From an uncultured bacterium (lineage in GTDB: Bacteria; Poribacteria; WGA-4E; DTYX01; CAZRLY01), in the NCBI GenBank assembly GCA_964601015.1, contig CAZRLY010000001.1, forward strand, positions 1 through 62,809: a stretch of 62,809 bases of DNA, read 5' to 3'. Numbering within the stretch: the first letter of the stretch is position 1; every line of letters begins with the position of its first letter. A program made the translations under genes and the position numbers. The notes beneath the pieces were generated by a model. That model was given only the letters and a program-made list of their open reading frames with translations. It made no database searches and was not told where the DNA came from. This document shows, piece after piece, positions 8,989 to 17,695 of the stretch.

Positions 8989-11301
8989 ATGAACTATCAA
9001 GGTTTGGAACTTGACCAATTTCAAATAGAGGCGATTGATGCCATAAAGAGGGGGCAGACTGCGGTAGTTGCCGCGCCTACGGGTGCAGGGAAAACCGTCA
9101 TCGCTGAATATGCTATCGAAACTGCACTTTTAAACGACGAGAGGATAATCTACACCGCCCCCATAAAAGCGTTCAGTTGCCAGAAATTCAGGGATGTCTT
9201 CATAAAGTATTCAGATAAGGTAGGCATTATCACCGAGGATGTTTCAATTAACCCGCACGCCCCCGTCCTCATTATGACTACGGAAATATTCCGCAATACG
9301 ATATTCGATGCGCCTCAAACGTTGGTGGGTGTGCGATACGTCATCCTCGATGAGATGTACTTCATCAACAAAATTGGTGGCAAGACAGTCTGGGAGGAGA
9401 GCATCATCTTTGCCCCTGAACAGATTGAATTCCTCTGCTTGAGCACTACCGCGCCGAATTTGACACAATTTGCGATGTGGATAAGTTCGGTACGAAACAG
9501 GGATGTCAGGATAATCCACGAGGAAAAACGTCCTGTCCCTCTGGAGCTGAAGTTCTTCTCGGAAAAACTTGGCGTAACAACCCTTGATGAACTCCGCTCC
9601 GTTAAGCACCTCCCTCCTGGAGAACGCCACGAGCAAATCAGCGATGGTAAGAGGGACATCATCTCAACATTCTGTGACGAAGGGGGACTGCCGTGTTTGT
9701 ATTTCTCAATGAGCAGGAAGCGTTGTGAAGAACTCGCTTACGAGTACATGGAATTGGCTTCGCTTAAACCTGAGAAATACAAGCTGCTGTCAGAGGAAGA
9801 AGCAGAGAAGGCGGTTTCAATGTATGATGAGTTGTGCCTTGAACATGGACTTTCCGAAAGTAGGACGGTAGCGTTGATGCGCGAACTTATCGAAAAGGGA
9901 ATGGCATATCACCACTCCGGGCTTTTCCCTCAGGTAAAATTGGTCATTGAGAAACTCTTCGCGATGGGGTTCTTGAAGCTCATCTTTGCAACCGAGGGGT
10001 TCGCCGTGGGGATAAACGCGTACGCGCGAACCGTTGTGGTGGATGGACTTGAAAAGTTCGACGGCAACCGCAGGAGATACCTCAAAGCGCGGGAGTTCCA
10101 CCAGATGGACGGCAGGGCTGGAAGGCGAGGCTTAGATGAGAAGGGATGCGTATATGTGCGTGTAAATCCGTTTGAGGCTGAACTGCCGCTCGTCGAAAGG
10201 ACTACGATGGGCGAGGTTGAAAACATCGAAAGCCAACTCAACCTCTCCTATTCCGTCATCCTGAACTTATATGAGAGACACGGACGGAGGATATATTCCC
10301 TCCTCGAACGCAGCTTCAACAGGTATCAGATGATGGCACCGTTAAACGAGATAGAACAAAAACTCAGTTCTCTCGGACAAGTTGGTGAGATAAGTTGTCC
10401 TCACGGTAAGCCGGAGATTATAGAAGAATACCAAAAACTCACTGACATACTCACCAAGGAGAAGAACAACTTCAAGCGTGAAAGTAGGAGGGTAAGGCGG
10501 GAGTTCAAACGCGATAAATCCGCCCTGAACGCTGCCATTGCCAGATTGCAGGAAGTCCTTGCTGAATTCGAGCGCAGGAGAGCCGACATACCATGTCATG
10601 TTTGTGCTGAACGTGGCAAGTGCATAACACGGTTTCAGCAGGACGCTAAAATCAAGAAAACGTCGTCGCATCTCATTGAACAGAAGGAGAAGATGGACGG
10701 GGACATCCTTGGCGATGTGGCTCGAAAATTGACCTTCCTTGAAGGGCTCGGCTACATCAAAGGGGAAACAATAACCCCAAAGGGGCAGTTCGCCTCTCAC
10801 ATCTACGGACATGAACTTCAGACAACGGAGATTATCTGCAACGGGTATTTCGACATCTTGGATGAAATTGGGATAAATATAACCGCCGCCGCAATTGTCT
10901 TTCAAGCGCATCCTGATGCGTTCTACCAAGAACTTAGCAAGGAACAGCTTGATGTGAGTTTCGCCGAACTCAACGGGCTAATACAAAACCTTCGGCGGAG
11001 ACAGGTTGCCTTTGGTATAGACGAGCCGTTTAAGCTCCTTGATGCCAGCTTGAGTAACATAGTGAGCGTTTGGTGTAAAGGTTATGATGTCGATGAGTTG
11101 TCGAAATTCACCGATGCCGACGAAGGTGATATCGTCATGGGTTTGAGACAAACCATAAATCTCCTGCGTCAAATTGAGGATGCTGTTTGGGACGAATACC
11201 TCAAAGCGAAGGTGCTATCTGCTATCTCGTTGATGAAGGTGGATATTGTGGACGCTGAGAAAGCACTGAGAAGGGAGGTGGGCGATGGCAAGGAGGAATA
11301 G
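8989..11301 (+). CDS. Ski2/HelY-like superfamily 2 helicase with C-terminal DSHCT-like domain
   Basis: Motif I 'AAPTGAGKT', Ia 'TAPIKAFSCQKF', 'IMTTEIFRN', V 'ATEGFAVGINAYARTVV', VI 'HQMDGRAGRRG'. The C-terminus 'VWCKGYDVDELSKFTDADEGDIVMGLRQTINLLRQI' is DSHCT-like. Motif II reads DEMY rather than DExH, and motif III reads STT rather than SAT. Confidence 0.85.
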   Translation: MNYQGLELDQFQIEAIDAIKRGQTAVVAAPTGAGKTVIAEYAIETALLNDERIIYTAPIKAFSCQKFRDVFIKYSDKVGIITEDVSINPHAPVLIMTTEIFRNTIFDAPQTLVGVRYVILDEMYFINKIGGKTVWEESIIFAPEQIEFLCLSTTAPNLTQFAMWISSVRNRDVRIIHEEKRPVPLELKFFSEKLGVTTLDELRSVKHLPPGERHEQISDGKRDIISTFCDEGGLPCLYFSMSRKRCEELAYEYMELASLKPEKYKLLSEEEAEKAVSMYDELCLEHGLSESRTVALMRELIEKGMAYHHSGLFPQVKLVIEKLFAMGFLKLIFATEGFAVGINAYARTVVVDGLEKFDGNRRRYLKAREFHQMDGRAGRRGLDEKGCVYVRVNPFEAELPLVERTTMGEVENIESQLNLSYSVILNLYERHGRRIYSLLERSFNRYQMMAPLNEIEQKLSSLGQVGEISCPHGKPEIIEEYQKLTDILTKEKNNFKRESRRVRREFKRDKSALNAAIARLQEVLAEFERRRADIPCHVCAERGKCITRFQQDAKIKKTSSHLIEQKEKMDGDILGDVARKLTFLEGLGYIKGETITPKGQFASHIYGHELQTTEIICNGYFDILDEIGINITAAAIVFQAHPDAFYQELSKEQLDVSFAELNGLIQNLRRRQVAFGIDEPFKLLDASLSNIVSVWCKGYDVDELSKFTDADEGDIVMGLRQTINLLRQIEDAVWDEYLKAKVLSAISLMKVDIVDAEKALRREVGDGKEE

Positions 11302-12979
11302 AATAGGTAAGCACTGGCATAACAACGTAAGCGCGCATCTCACAGCAAGATACGATGTAGCGGTCAAACAGGGACAGGAGGCTGTCGAGGGGATGTCTGC
11401 CCGTCATTTTAGTAAGTTTTCCGAAATATATGGGTATTATTCCCGCCCTGAAATCCAGCAAGCCATTTTTGACTATGCTAAGGGACGTAAGATAACCGTC
11501 CTCAAACACTTCAGAGCGCTTTACAAATCCCTCGAAAAACCGGAGGATATTCTGTCTCTGGCAATCTATCACGCGATGTACAGCAAGTTATGGACTTCGT
11601 TTCATGGGATGGTATCCAGAACCTCTGAGGACAGGAAGGTATGTGATTTTGTGATAGAGGTGGATAACAAACGCAGTTGGAAACGATGTTTCGAGGCGAC
11701 AAGGCCTGTAATCGACATGCTCAACGATTTCAACGTATACTATTGTGTTAAGTTCAGCGGACACGCCAGCGCGCACGTTATTATTCCCGGCGAGGTATTC
11801 CCGGGCGATAGGATGAGCAGCGCAAAATACCGCTCACACCTTATGAACTTCGTAGGCAAACTCGTCAAAGGCGAAAAACTCGACCGGTCTTTTACTAATC
11901 CCTCCCATTTCCTCCGGCTTGCTTACTCGATTAACGAGAACACAGGGTTGGTGAGTATGCCCATATTCATGGAGGATTTTGACAATTTTTCATGGCGGGA
12001 CGCGAAGCCCGAAAACGTGGAAATACTGGAGGGATGGTGGAAATATGCCCCCACTGATGCTCAAGAACAGATGGCAAAACTCCTTGACTTCTTGACGAAG
12101 GAACGCTTTGCCATCGAAAAACAGGCAGCCTCGAAGCAGTTCCAAAAAGTTGACACATTTGAGGACGTGAAAGATAAACCTAAAGGGGGTGTGAGATTCG
12201 GACAACTTCTTCAGCCAACCGACAAACAACTTTACGAAGGGATGCTCAAAACTGCAAGGGAACACCTCAATTGGGTTGCATCAACGAAGGAGAATCCAAA
12301 TTTTAAAGCCGCTCTTGACGAGGTAAGATATCTCACTCAAAACGGGCTTGTGCTGAGTCTCTTCGAGATAAGCCAAAAACACAAATTTGACCTGAAAGAA
12401 CTCTGGAAGGCGTGGCGATGGGAACTGAAAAGTGACGACATCAGCTATTATTCTGACCAGTCGGTGCAAAAGGACATCTTTGAGGCGACACAAAAAAGAA
12501 ATGTGAAACTCGGCGAAGATGGCCCGGTCGTGAGAATCGAAAACCCGGAGGATGTGTTTCTACTCGCTGTTTTCATGAACATGCGTTTTGGCATAAATGA
12601 ACACCCATCATTTTACCGTTCCCTTGCGTGGGGCATACCGGGCAAACTGACTGAGGGATGTGACATCGCAATTCAAGCCGATGGCAAAGGCGACAGAGCA
12701 CGGGCGGCTGAAGCGATGCACGAAGCAGTCTCCGCTGTATCCGAGCTTGAGGTTGAAACGACGGTATTTGACGAGGGGATGAGCAGTTTCACCTGTGTCA
12801 TTCCACATCACGACAAAGAGGACAACCTCCTCAAGAGTGTCAAGAAACAGCTTAACATTCGCACGAAAACATCAGTAAAACTGCTTGATGAAACGAGTTA
12901 TATGCTTGCTCCCCGCTCGCTCAATTCATTTACGGGAAAACCGTGTATCCCAGTGTTGGTCAACAATCCTTCCTTATAG
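11285..12979 (+). CDS. PriS-like archaeo-eukaryotic primase (AEP) protein with second degenerate AEP-like domain
   Basis: Motif I 'CDFVIEVDNK', motif II 'VKFSGHASAHVIIP', motif III 'HFLRLAYSINENTGLVSMPI'. The C-terminal repeat carries 'CDIAIQADGK', 'VFDEGMSSFTCVIP' and 'YMLAPRSLNSFTGKPCIPV'. Overlaps the helicase stop by 17 nt. Confidence 0.6.
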   Translation: MARRNRIGKHWHNNVSAHLTARYDVAVKQGQEAVEGMSARHFSKFSEIYGYYSRPEIQQAIFDYAKGRKITVLKHFRALYKSLEKPEDILSLAIYHAMYSKLWTSFHGMVSRTSEDRKVCDFVIEVDNKRSWKRCFEATRPVIDMLNDFNVYYCVKFSGHASAHVIIPGEVFPGDRMSSAKYRSHLMNFVGKLVKGEKLDRSFTNPSHFLRLAYSINENTGLVSMPIFMEDFDNFSWRDAKPENVEILEGWWKYAPTDAQEQMAKLLDFLTKERFAIEKQAASKQFQKVDTFEDVKDKPKGGVRFGQLLQPTDKQLYEGMLKTAREHLNWVASTKENPNFKAALDEVRYLTQNGLVLSLFEISQKHKFDLKELWKAWRWELKSDDISYYSDQSVQKDIFEATQKRNVKLGEDGPVVRIENPEDVFLLAVFMNMRFGINEHPSFYRSLAWGIPGKLTEGCDIAIQADGKGDRARAAEAMHEAVSAVSELEVETTVFDEGMSSFTCVIPHHDKEDNLLKSVKKQLNIRTKTSVKLLDETSYMLAPRSLNSFTGKPCIPVLVNNPSL

Positions 12980-13023
12980 AGCGTCGCCTGGCGAGATAGA
13001 ACTACGCCGCTACGCTGCACATT

Positions 13024-13052
13024 GGCGGGGCAAGGCCCCGCCGCTACATTTT
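13024..13052. terminator. GC-rich hairpin between convergent genes (bidirectional terminator candidate)
   Basis: GGCGGGGC-AAG-GCCCCGCC (13024-13042), followed by a TTTT run at 13049-13052. Confidence 0.55.
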
Positions 13053-13074
13053 GGAGCCACTCAGGCGATTGCAC

Positions 13075-14538
13075 CTAAAATTCTGCATGAAACAGGTTCT
13101 TTTTGTGAACAATTTCCAATCCTCTTGGCGTATGCCAGAACAAGCGGATGGAAGCCTCGCCTGCCAATTCAAAATATTCTATCTTGATTGCGTGATAACC
13201 CTTCGTCAGGCGTATTGGTTTACTTCCCGAAATCATCGGTGAACCTTGTGCCGAATCTGAGATTATTTCCTTGTCATCAATAGAGAGTTTAACACCATCA
13301 TTGCTATATACATAGAAATTATAGTTGCCGCCCTTTTCTATTTTTATCAAACCGTTCCAGCGGACGGAGAAGTGGTCAGCAGGAACCCTGCGGTCAGGCG
13401 GCCCAAAGCCCCAGATGAAATTAATTCTGCTATCTACCCTTGCGAAGATTTTCTTGTCAAAATTTTGCCCGCGACAGTATGTTCCTATTAGCCCGGGTTT
13501 AAGTTGTTCTTTCCACCAGGATTGCCATTTATCCATAGCCTCTTTTCGTTCATTCTCGGTGGCATTTGGGCCAAATCCATGACGTTTCCCTGTTACCCTT
13601 TCCAATATATTAATTGCAAAACGTCGCATCTCGACATCCGGGTTTTCGAGTGTTTCCATTAACGCGCCTACAGCTTGAGCTTTAGCCAATGCATCCTGTG
13701 GATAGAAGGCATTGGACGCTATATCTTGTACCACAATATCTTCATCCTTAGAGGCTTTGTACAAACCGCGCATGTCGAGTTTGGCGGCGAATACTTCCGC
13801 CGCTTTCCTACGAACAGATACGTTACTGTTGTCAAGGGCTTTAAGCAATCCCGCAGAATGATTGAGATGCGCCAACTTTTCAACCGCAAAAACCCGTACG
13901 GCGGAATCGCTGTCATTTAGAGCGGGTAGCATCCTGTCAGGTTCCCTGCGTTCGGCGAATTTTGTTACAGCCATCTTGCGTACCTCTATGTCCTTATGTT
14001 GTAGGGCGGTTTCCAGAAATTGTGGGCTTTCAAATCTCAGCGCATATCTCAGCGTCTTTTGAAATTCCTCTGTAGTACCCTTGAATGTCCTGTGCATGTG
14101 TATCTCGATATGCGTATAGTTCCACCAAACGTTATTGATGTCCACTCCAGGAGGGAGGGGGCTTTTCATTTGAAACCATGTGCCGTCTACATGCCCCAGT
14201 GATTCAATTGAGCCAACCGCTCGGTAGAATACGATAATCGGCTCGTCAACTTTGAGATGCTTCATTAACATCTTCGGTGTGCTTCCATATCTCACCTGTC
14301 CTGCTGCAACGTTAATTTTAATAGTTTTAAGTCCGCTTTTGCCTTTGATATCCTCTTTTACTTCGACTGTAGCTCGTTGCCTCAACTTATCGGCTGTTTT
14401 CACTATACCAAAGACGATGTTTATGCTTTCATCTAACACTTCTTGCAGTTTATATTCTTGTTCAACGAAAGCCAGAGTCGTACTTGTAGAAAAACCTGCA
14501 AATAAAATCGTTAAGGTTAGTAAAAGTAGTCTTCTCAT
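13075..14538 (-). CDS. Secreted HEAT-repeat protein with C-terminal PA14 domain
   Basis: Signal peptide MRRLLLLTLTILFAGF. Central HEAT-like repeats. The C-terminus 'HFSVRWNGLIKIEKGGNYNFYVYSNDGVKLSIDD...IEYFELAGEASIRLFW' matches the PA14 pattern. Confidence 0.65.
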   Translation of the reverse strand: MRRLLLLTLTILFAGFSTSTTLAFVEQEYKLQEVLDESINIVFGIVKTADKLRQRATVEVKEDIKGKSGLKTIKINVAAGQVRYGSTPKMLMKHLKVDEPIIVFYRAVGSIESLGHVDGTWFQMKSPLPPGVDINNVWWNYTHIEIHMHRTFKGTTEEFQKTLRYALRFESPQFLETALQHKDIEVRKMAVTKFAERREPDRMLPALNDSDSAVRVFAVEKLAHLNHSAGLLKALDNSNVSVRRKAAEVFAAKLDMRGLYKASKDEDIVVQDIASNAFYPQDALAKAQAVGALMETLENPDVEMRRFAINILERVTGKRHGFGPNATENERKEAMDKWQSWWKEQLKPGLIGTYCRGQNFDKKIFARVDSRINFIWGFGPPDRRVPADHFSVRWNGLIKIEKGGNYNFYVYSNDGVKLSIDDKEIISDSAQGSPMISGSKPIRLTKGYHAIKIEYFELAGEASIRLFWHTPRGLEIVHKKNLFHAEF

Positions 14539-14625
14539 CTTAATTTCTCCTTATGAGTCTTGTGATTAACGTATTTGTGCACAGAAGTTCGTCGTGATAA
14601 ATACTACACGATAATGTGTGATGTG

Positions 14626-16338
14626 TCAAGGAGAAAAAATCTTTGCGCCAGTAGCTGTCTCCAAAAGGTGCGTTCCATCGGATAACGTACTGATACCTTG
14701 CAATGTAGGCGCGCCGCTGTTGACCTCGAATGCGGCGAAAAAACGCTGTGTAGTGCCTGTTGCGCGGAGGAATACAGCGCCCCGGTCATCTGGGCGGGGG
14801 TTGCCCGGCGTTCTACCCAGCGTCGCCTCCATGTTTTGGTCAGAAGCAACAACAAGGCGCAACCAGATTCGGTCAGTAACTCGCCAATCTACCGTTAAAA
14901 ATCCATCGGTATAGAGCATACTACGGTTTGTAAAGTGAGCGAAGGCGTTCTCTTCTGGAAGCGGCGGGAAATCAAGCGGGGCGATGTCGGAACTCACACG
15001 CGCGCTCATGCTGCCGTAGGCGTGGAAAATCCAACCATAGCGGTGGGCAATGTCAGATTCGCATCGGTCAAGAAGAACGAGATACGGCGGTTCAAAAAAG
15101 ACTTCCCTCGTCAGTCGTATACCCTCGTAAGCATCCTCCAGGCGGCCGAGCGCGTAGGCTGGCGTAGCGTCTGGTTGGAAATTCAGGTAAGCGATTTTTA
15201 CGGGTTTTTGGTCTTTCTCATCGACCAACAGTGTGTTGTGCGCTAAGGTACTGCGGTAGTATTTGTGAATTTCGCGTACTGCATAACCCGCCGTACCCGG
15301 GTCAATCGCAATGCACTCACCTCGCGCGGTCAGGCTGACATGGAGTTTATCAGGGTGGGAATGTCCTGCGCCGTGCGGTCCGGCTATAAACAACACCTGG
15401 TAATCCTCGCCGTTGTGTTGTTTAAAGTGGTAGAACATCGTGCCTTCAAACCAGAAGCCGTCTGGCTCACCGTTTTCGTCCTCGCGCAATCCGTTTTTGA
15501 GCAGTGCCGACAAACCCGCTTTTTCGTCGTCCAACGCCATCTCTATCCAATCTTCGCACCCGATGAGAGAACCTACCGTCGCCAGCGCTGCCGCCACATA
15601 ACAAGTCATATTGTGTGTGCCGGTCTTCTTGAAAAAGCGAAGTTGGTATGGTATGGCAGATTCAAAGATGCCTGAAATGATATTTGCGCGGTCAGATTCA
15701 GAATAAGCGTTGCTATTACGTGTAAGTCCAAAGCTGTTAGCCAACAACAACAGAATCTGCGCATCGTAAAGCGGCTGGAAATAGAGCGCTTCGGTGTTGT
15801 TGCCCTCGCGCAAATCATCACGTGCGAACATCTCCACAGCGGCGCGCATCCCATCAGCCACCCACGTTGCGTATTTTTCATCTCCCGTCAGTCCATACAA
15901 CACGCTAAGACTGCGCATCAGCCTGAACGTCCGCTCATGCGTAAGCAACGCCCATGCGCGACGTTGCGCCTCGCTACCGTGCCAGGAGCCATCCGAAGGG
16001 TCAAAATGTTTGTCGGGACTGTCGGGATTGTACAACAAGTGTTCCGCTGTGTTATGTGAGTAAAAATCGTGTCTCCATCCTATCCGTTGTTTCGGTTTTT
16101 GCGGTGGTTTGGAAAGAACTATTTCCGCCTCGGCTTTCATCTGCTCAACCGCTGTTTGAGCCCAATAAAACTGGTTGACCTTTTGCTTGATTTCAGGCAA
16201 ACGTTCGACACCAAAGAATAAAGTTGGCCAAACGTCCTCTATGACTAAACCAGCGTCGTGTGGCGAAAGCGTATAGGGCCACCCGAATGCCACAGGTTGA
16301 ACAAATTGTTTTGGAAACGTAGATGTGTGTTTGTCCAT
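14626..16338 (-). CDS. Heparinase II/III-like (alginate-lyase superfamily) polysaccharide lyase
   Basis: 'GHSHPDKLHVSL...IDPGTAGY...YYRSTLAHNTLLVD' is the characteristic heparinase II/III C-terminal signature. The N-terminal part is alpha/alpha-toroid-like. Confidence 0.75.
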   Translation of the reverse strand: MDKHTSTFPKQFVQPVAFGWPYTLSPHDAGLVIEDVWPTLFFGVERLPEIKQKVNQFYWAQTAVEQMKAEAEIVLSKPPQKPKQRIGWRHDFYSHNTAEHLLYNPDSPDKHFDPSDGSWHGSEAQRRAWALLTHERTFRLMRSLSVLYGLTGDEKYATWVADGMRAAVEMFARDDLREGNNTEALYFQPLYDAQILLLLANSFGLTRNSNAYSESDRANIISGIFESAIPYQLRFFKKTGTHNMTCYVAAALATVGSLIGCEDWIEMALDDEKAGLSALLKNGLREDENGEPDGFWFEGTMFYHFKQHNGEDYQVLFIAGPHGAGHSHPDKLHVSLTARGECIAIDPGTAGYAVREIHKYYRSTLAHNTLLVDEKDQKPVKIAYLNFQPDATPAYALGRLEDAYEGIRLTREVFFEPPYLVLLDRCESDIAHRYGWIFHAYGSMSARVSSDIAPLDFPPLPEENAFAHFTNRSMLYTDGFLTVDWRVTDRIWLRLVVASDQNMEATLGRTPGNPRPDDRGAVFLRATGTTQRFFAAFEVNSGAPTLQGISTLSDGTHLLETATGAKIFSP

Positions 16339-16432
16339 TGTTTTCTCCTTGATAAAAGAGCAAAATTGTTGTACACTATGAGCATTGACACCGATTCAAA
16401 AGTGGGTAAAGAATTACCTGAATAACAAGGAG

Positions 16433-16741
16433 ATGTCAATGCCAAGAGCAATTATCCAATCAGATGTCGATTCAATTTTGAAAGAGCGTGTTGACATTCT
16501 CAGTGTAGTTCGCGAAGAAGGCGAAGCGTTTCTTCGCTCCCTCGTTGAATATAGATTTCCTGAAGAAAAACAACTTCGCATGGATGAACTATTTTGTAAA
16601 GCAACAGAGGGCGAATTAACGCCAGAAGAAAGCGTCGAGCTTCACGAATTAGTTAGAGAATTTGAAGACGGCACCATCAGAAAGGCACAAGCAATGAAAG
16701 CTTTAGCTGCGATTTCCCAAGAAAATAAGGGGAAAACTTAG
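16433..16741 (+). CDS. Small helical protein, partner of HNH endonuclease (copy with truncated HNH)
   Basis: Paralog of 37366-37710 (compare 'YRFPEEKQLRMDEL...ELHELVREFEDGTIRKAQAM' with 'YRFPREKQERLDDL...ELAALVEEFDQKTLEKAQAM'). ATG preceded by AAGGAG. Confidence 0.55.
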   Translation: MSMPRAIIQSDVDSILKERVDILSVVREEGEAFLRSLVEYRFPEEKQLRMDELFCKATEGELTPEESVELHELVREFEDGTIRKAQAMKALAAISQENKGKT

Positions 16742-16746
16742 TTGCT

Positions 16747-16848
16747 ATGCGAAGACGAATCCCAAGCACCCTAAGACGACAAATTCACAAACAGGCACAA
16801 TTTTGCGGCGAATATTGCCATGCGTCAGGCATCAACTCTACGCGCTAA
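16747..16848 (+). pseudogene. 5' remnant of an HNH endonuclease gene
   Basis: Translates to MRRRIPSTLRRQIHKQAQFCGEYCHAS.... This matches the N-terminus of the intact HNH protein at 36932-37369 ('LRQRVMARADGICEYCGNQ'). Homology stops where the HEPN gene 3' end begins (about 16825). Confidence 0.55.
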
Positions 16849-17307
16849 TGTCCCGATGAATAGGATGAATTCTTGCAGTGAATTCATAAAGTCGGAGGAA
16901 ACAGCATCAAAATTTTGGACTAATTCTTTCAATCTTTTAGGGTGCAATTGAAATCCATAGATATTTCTAAAGACATGGCGAAATCGAAGATATTCGTCCA
17001 AATCCTGTTTCAGTTTTCCGCCAATTACTGTAGGGCGGATTCCCTCTAATTCAAGGTTCATATTTTCCAAAAGTTCTTTATGCCAGCTCTCTCCTTGAGG
17101 AAGCCCTCCATCGAATTCCTCTGCAATCCTGCGGAATATTTTCTCAATAGCTGTGTAGAAATCATGTAAAATGGAACCAAGAATTCTTGGGTGCGTTCCT
17201 TCAATTCCAACTTCATCCTTCTCTTGTCGGAGTGTCTCCAAATCCTCTATGTCCTTTTCTATGTTCGCCTTTAGACGAATGAATCGTTTCGCTTCCTTCG
17301 ACAGCAT
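16825..17307 (-). CDS. HEPN-domain protein (putative HepT-type toxin)
   Basis: 160-aa helical protein immediately downstream of a minimal nucleotidyltransferase. It carries a conserved-looking 'LRFRHVFRNIYG' segment, but I could not place a canonical Rx4-6H motif with certainty. Confidence 0.55.
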   Translation of the reverse strand: MLSKEAKRFIRLKANIEKDIEDLETLRQEKDEVGIEGTHPRILGSILHDFYTAIEKIFRRIAEEFDGGLPQGESWHKELLENMNLELEGIRPTVIGGKLKQDLDEYLRFRHVFRNIYGFQLHPKRLKELVQNFDAVSSDFMNSLQEFILFIGTLARRVDA

Positions 17308-17662
17308 AGAGCAACTCCCCCTCTACTAAGATACTTTCCTTGAATGGGTATTCTTCCAATGGCACAAGGTCAATTTCAAAACCATCACTTACTCCATAGG
17401 CTTTTGCCAGTGCTCTAAAGTAGAGATTTGGTAGCAAACCCTCTACGGCCAGGTCAATATCAGAATTTTCATGAAAAGTACCCTCTGTTAAGGAACCAAA
17501 AAGGTAAACCCGTTTAGCTCCAAATTCCTCACAAAGGAGTCTGGCGCACTCTTGAGCGCGTTTTTTAGCGACAATCGCTATACGTGTTTCTCTCTCTTTT
17601 CGCGCTTTAACTCTTGCGCGCCATGCCTCTATGTATGTTGTATACTTTTCGTCTTCTTCCAT
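17213..17662 (-). CDS. Minimal nucleotidyltransferase (MNT-type antitoxin)
   Basis: 'RVYLFGSLTEGTFHENSDIDLAVEG' is the GSx10-ish SDxDL NTase signature. The ORF reads 95 nt into the HEPN gene instead of stopping after '...GELLYA'. Confidence 0.8.
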   Translation of the reverse strand: MEEDEKYTTYIEAWRARVKARKERETRIAIVAKKRAQECARLLCEEFGAKRVYLFGSLTEGTFHENSDIDLAVEGLLPNLYFRALAKAYGVSDGFEIDLVPLEEYPFKESILVEGELLYAVEGSETIHSSKGEHRKGHRGFGDTPTREG

Positions 17663-17695
17663 TTTTCAGCACATAGAAACTCGGTTTCTACATCG

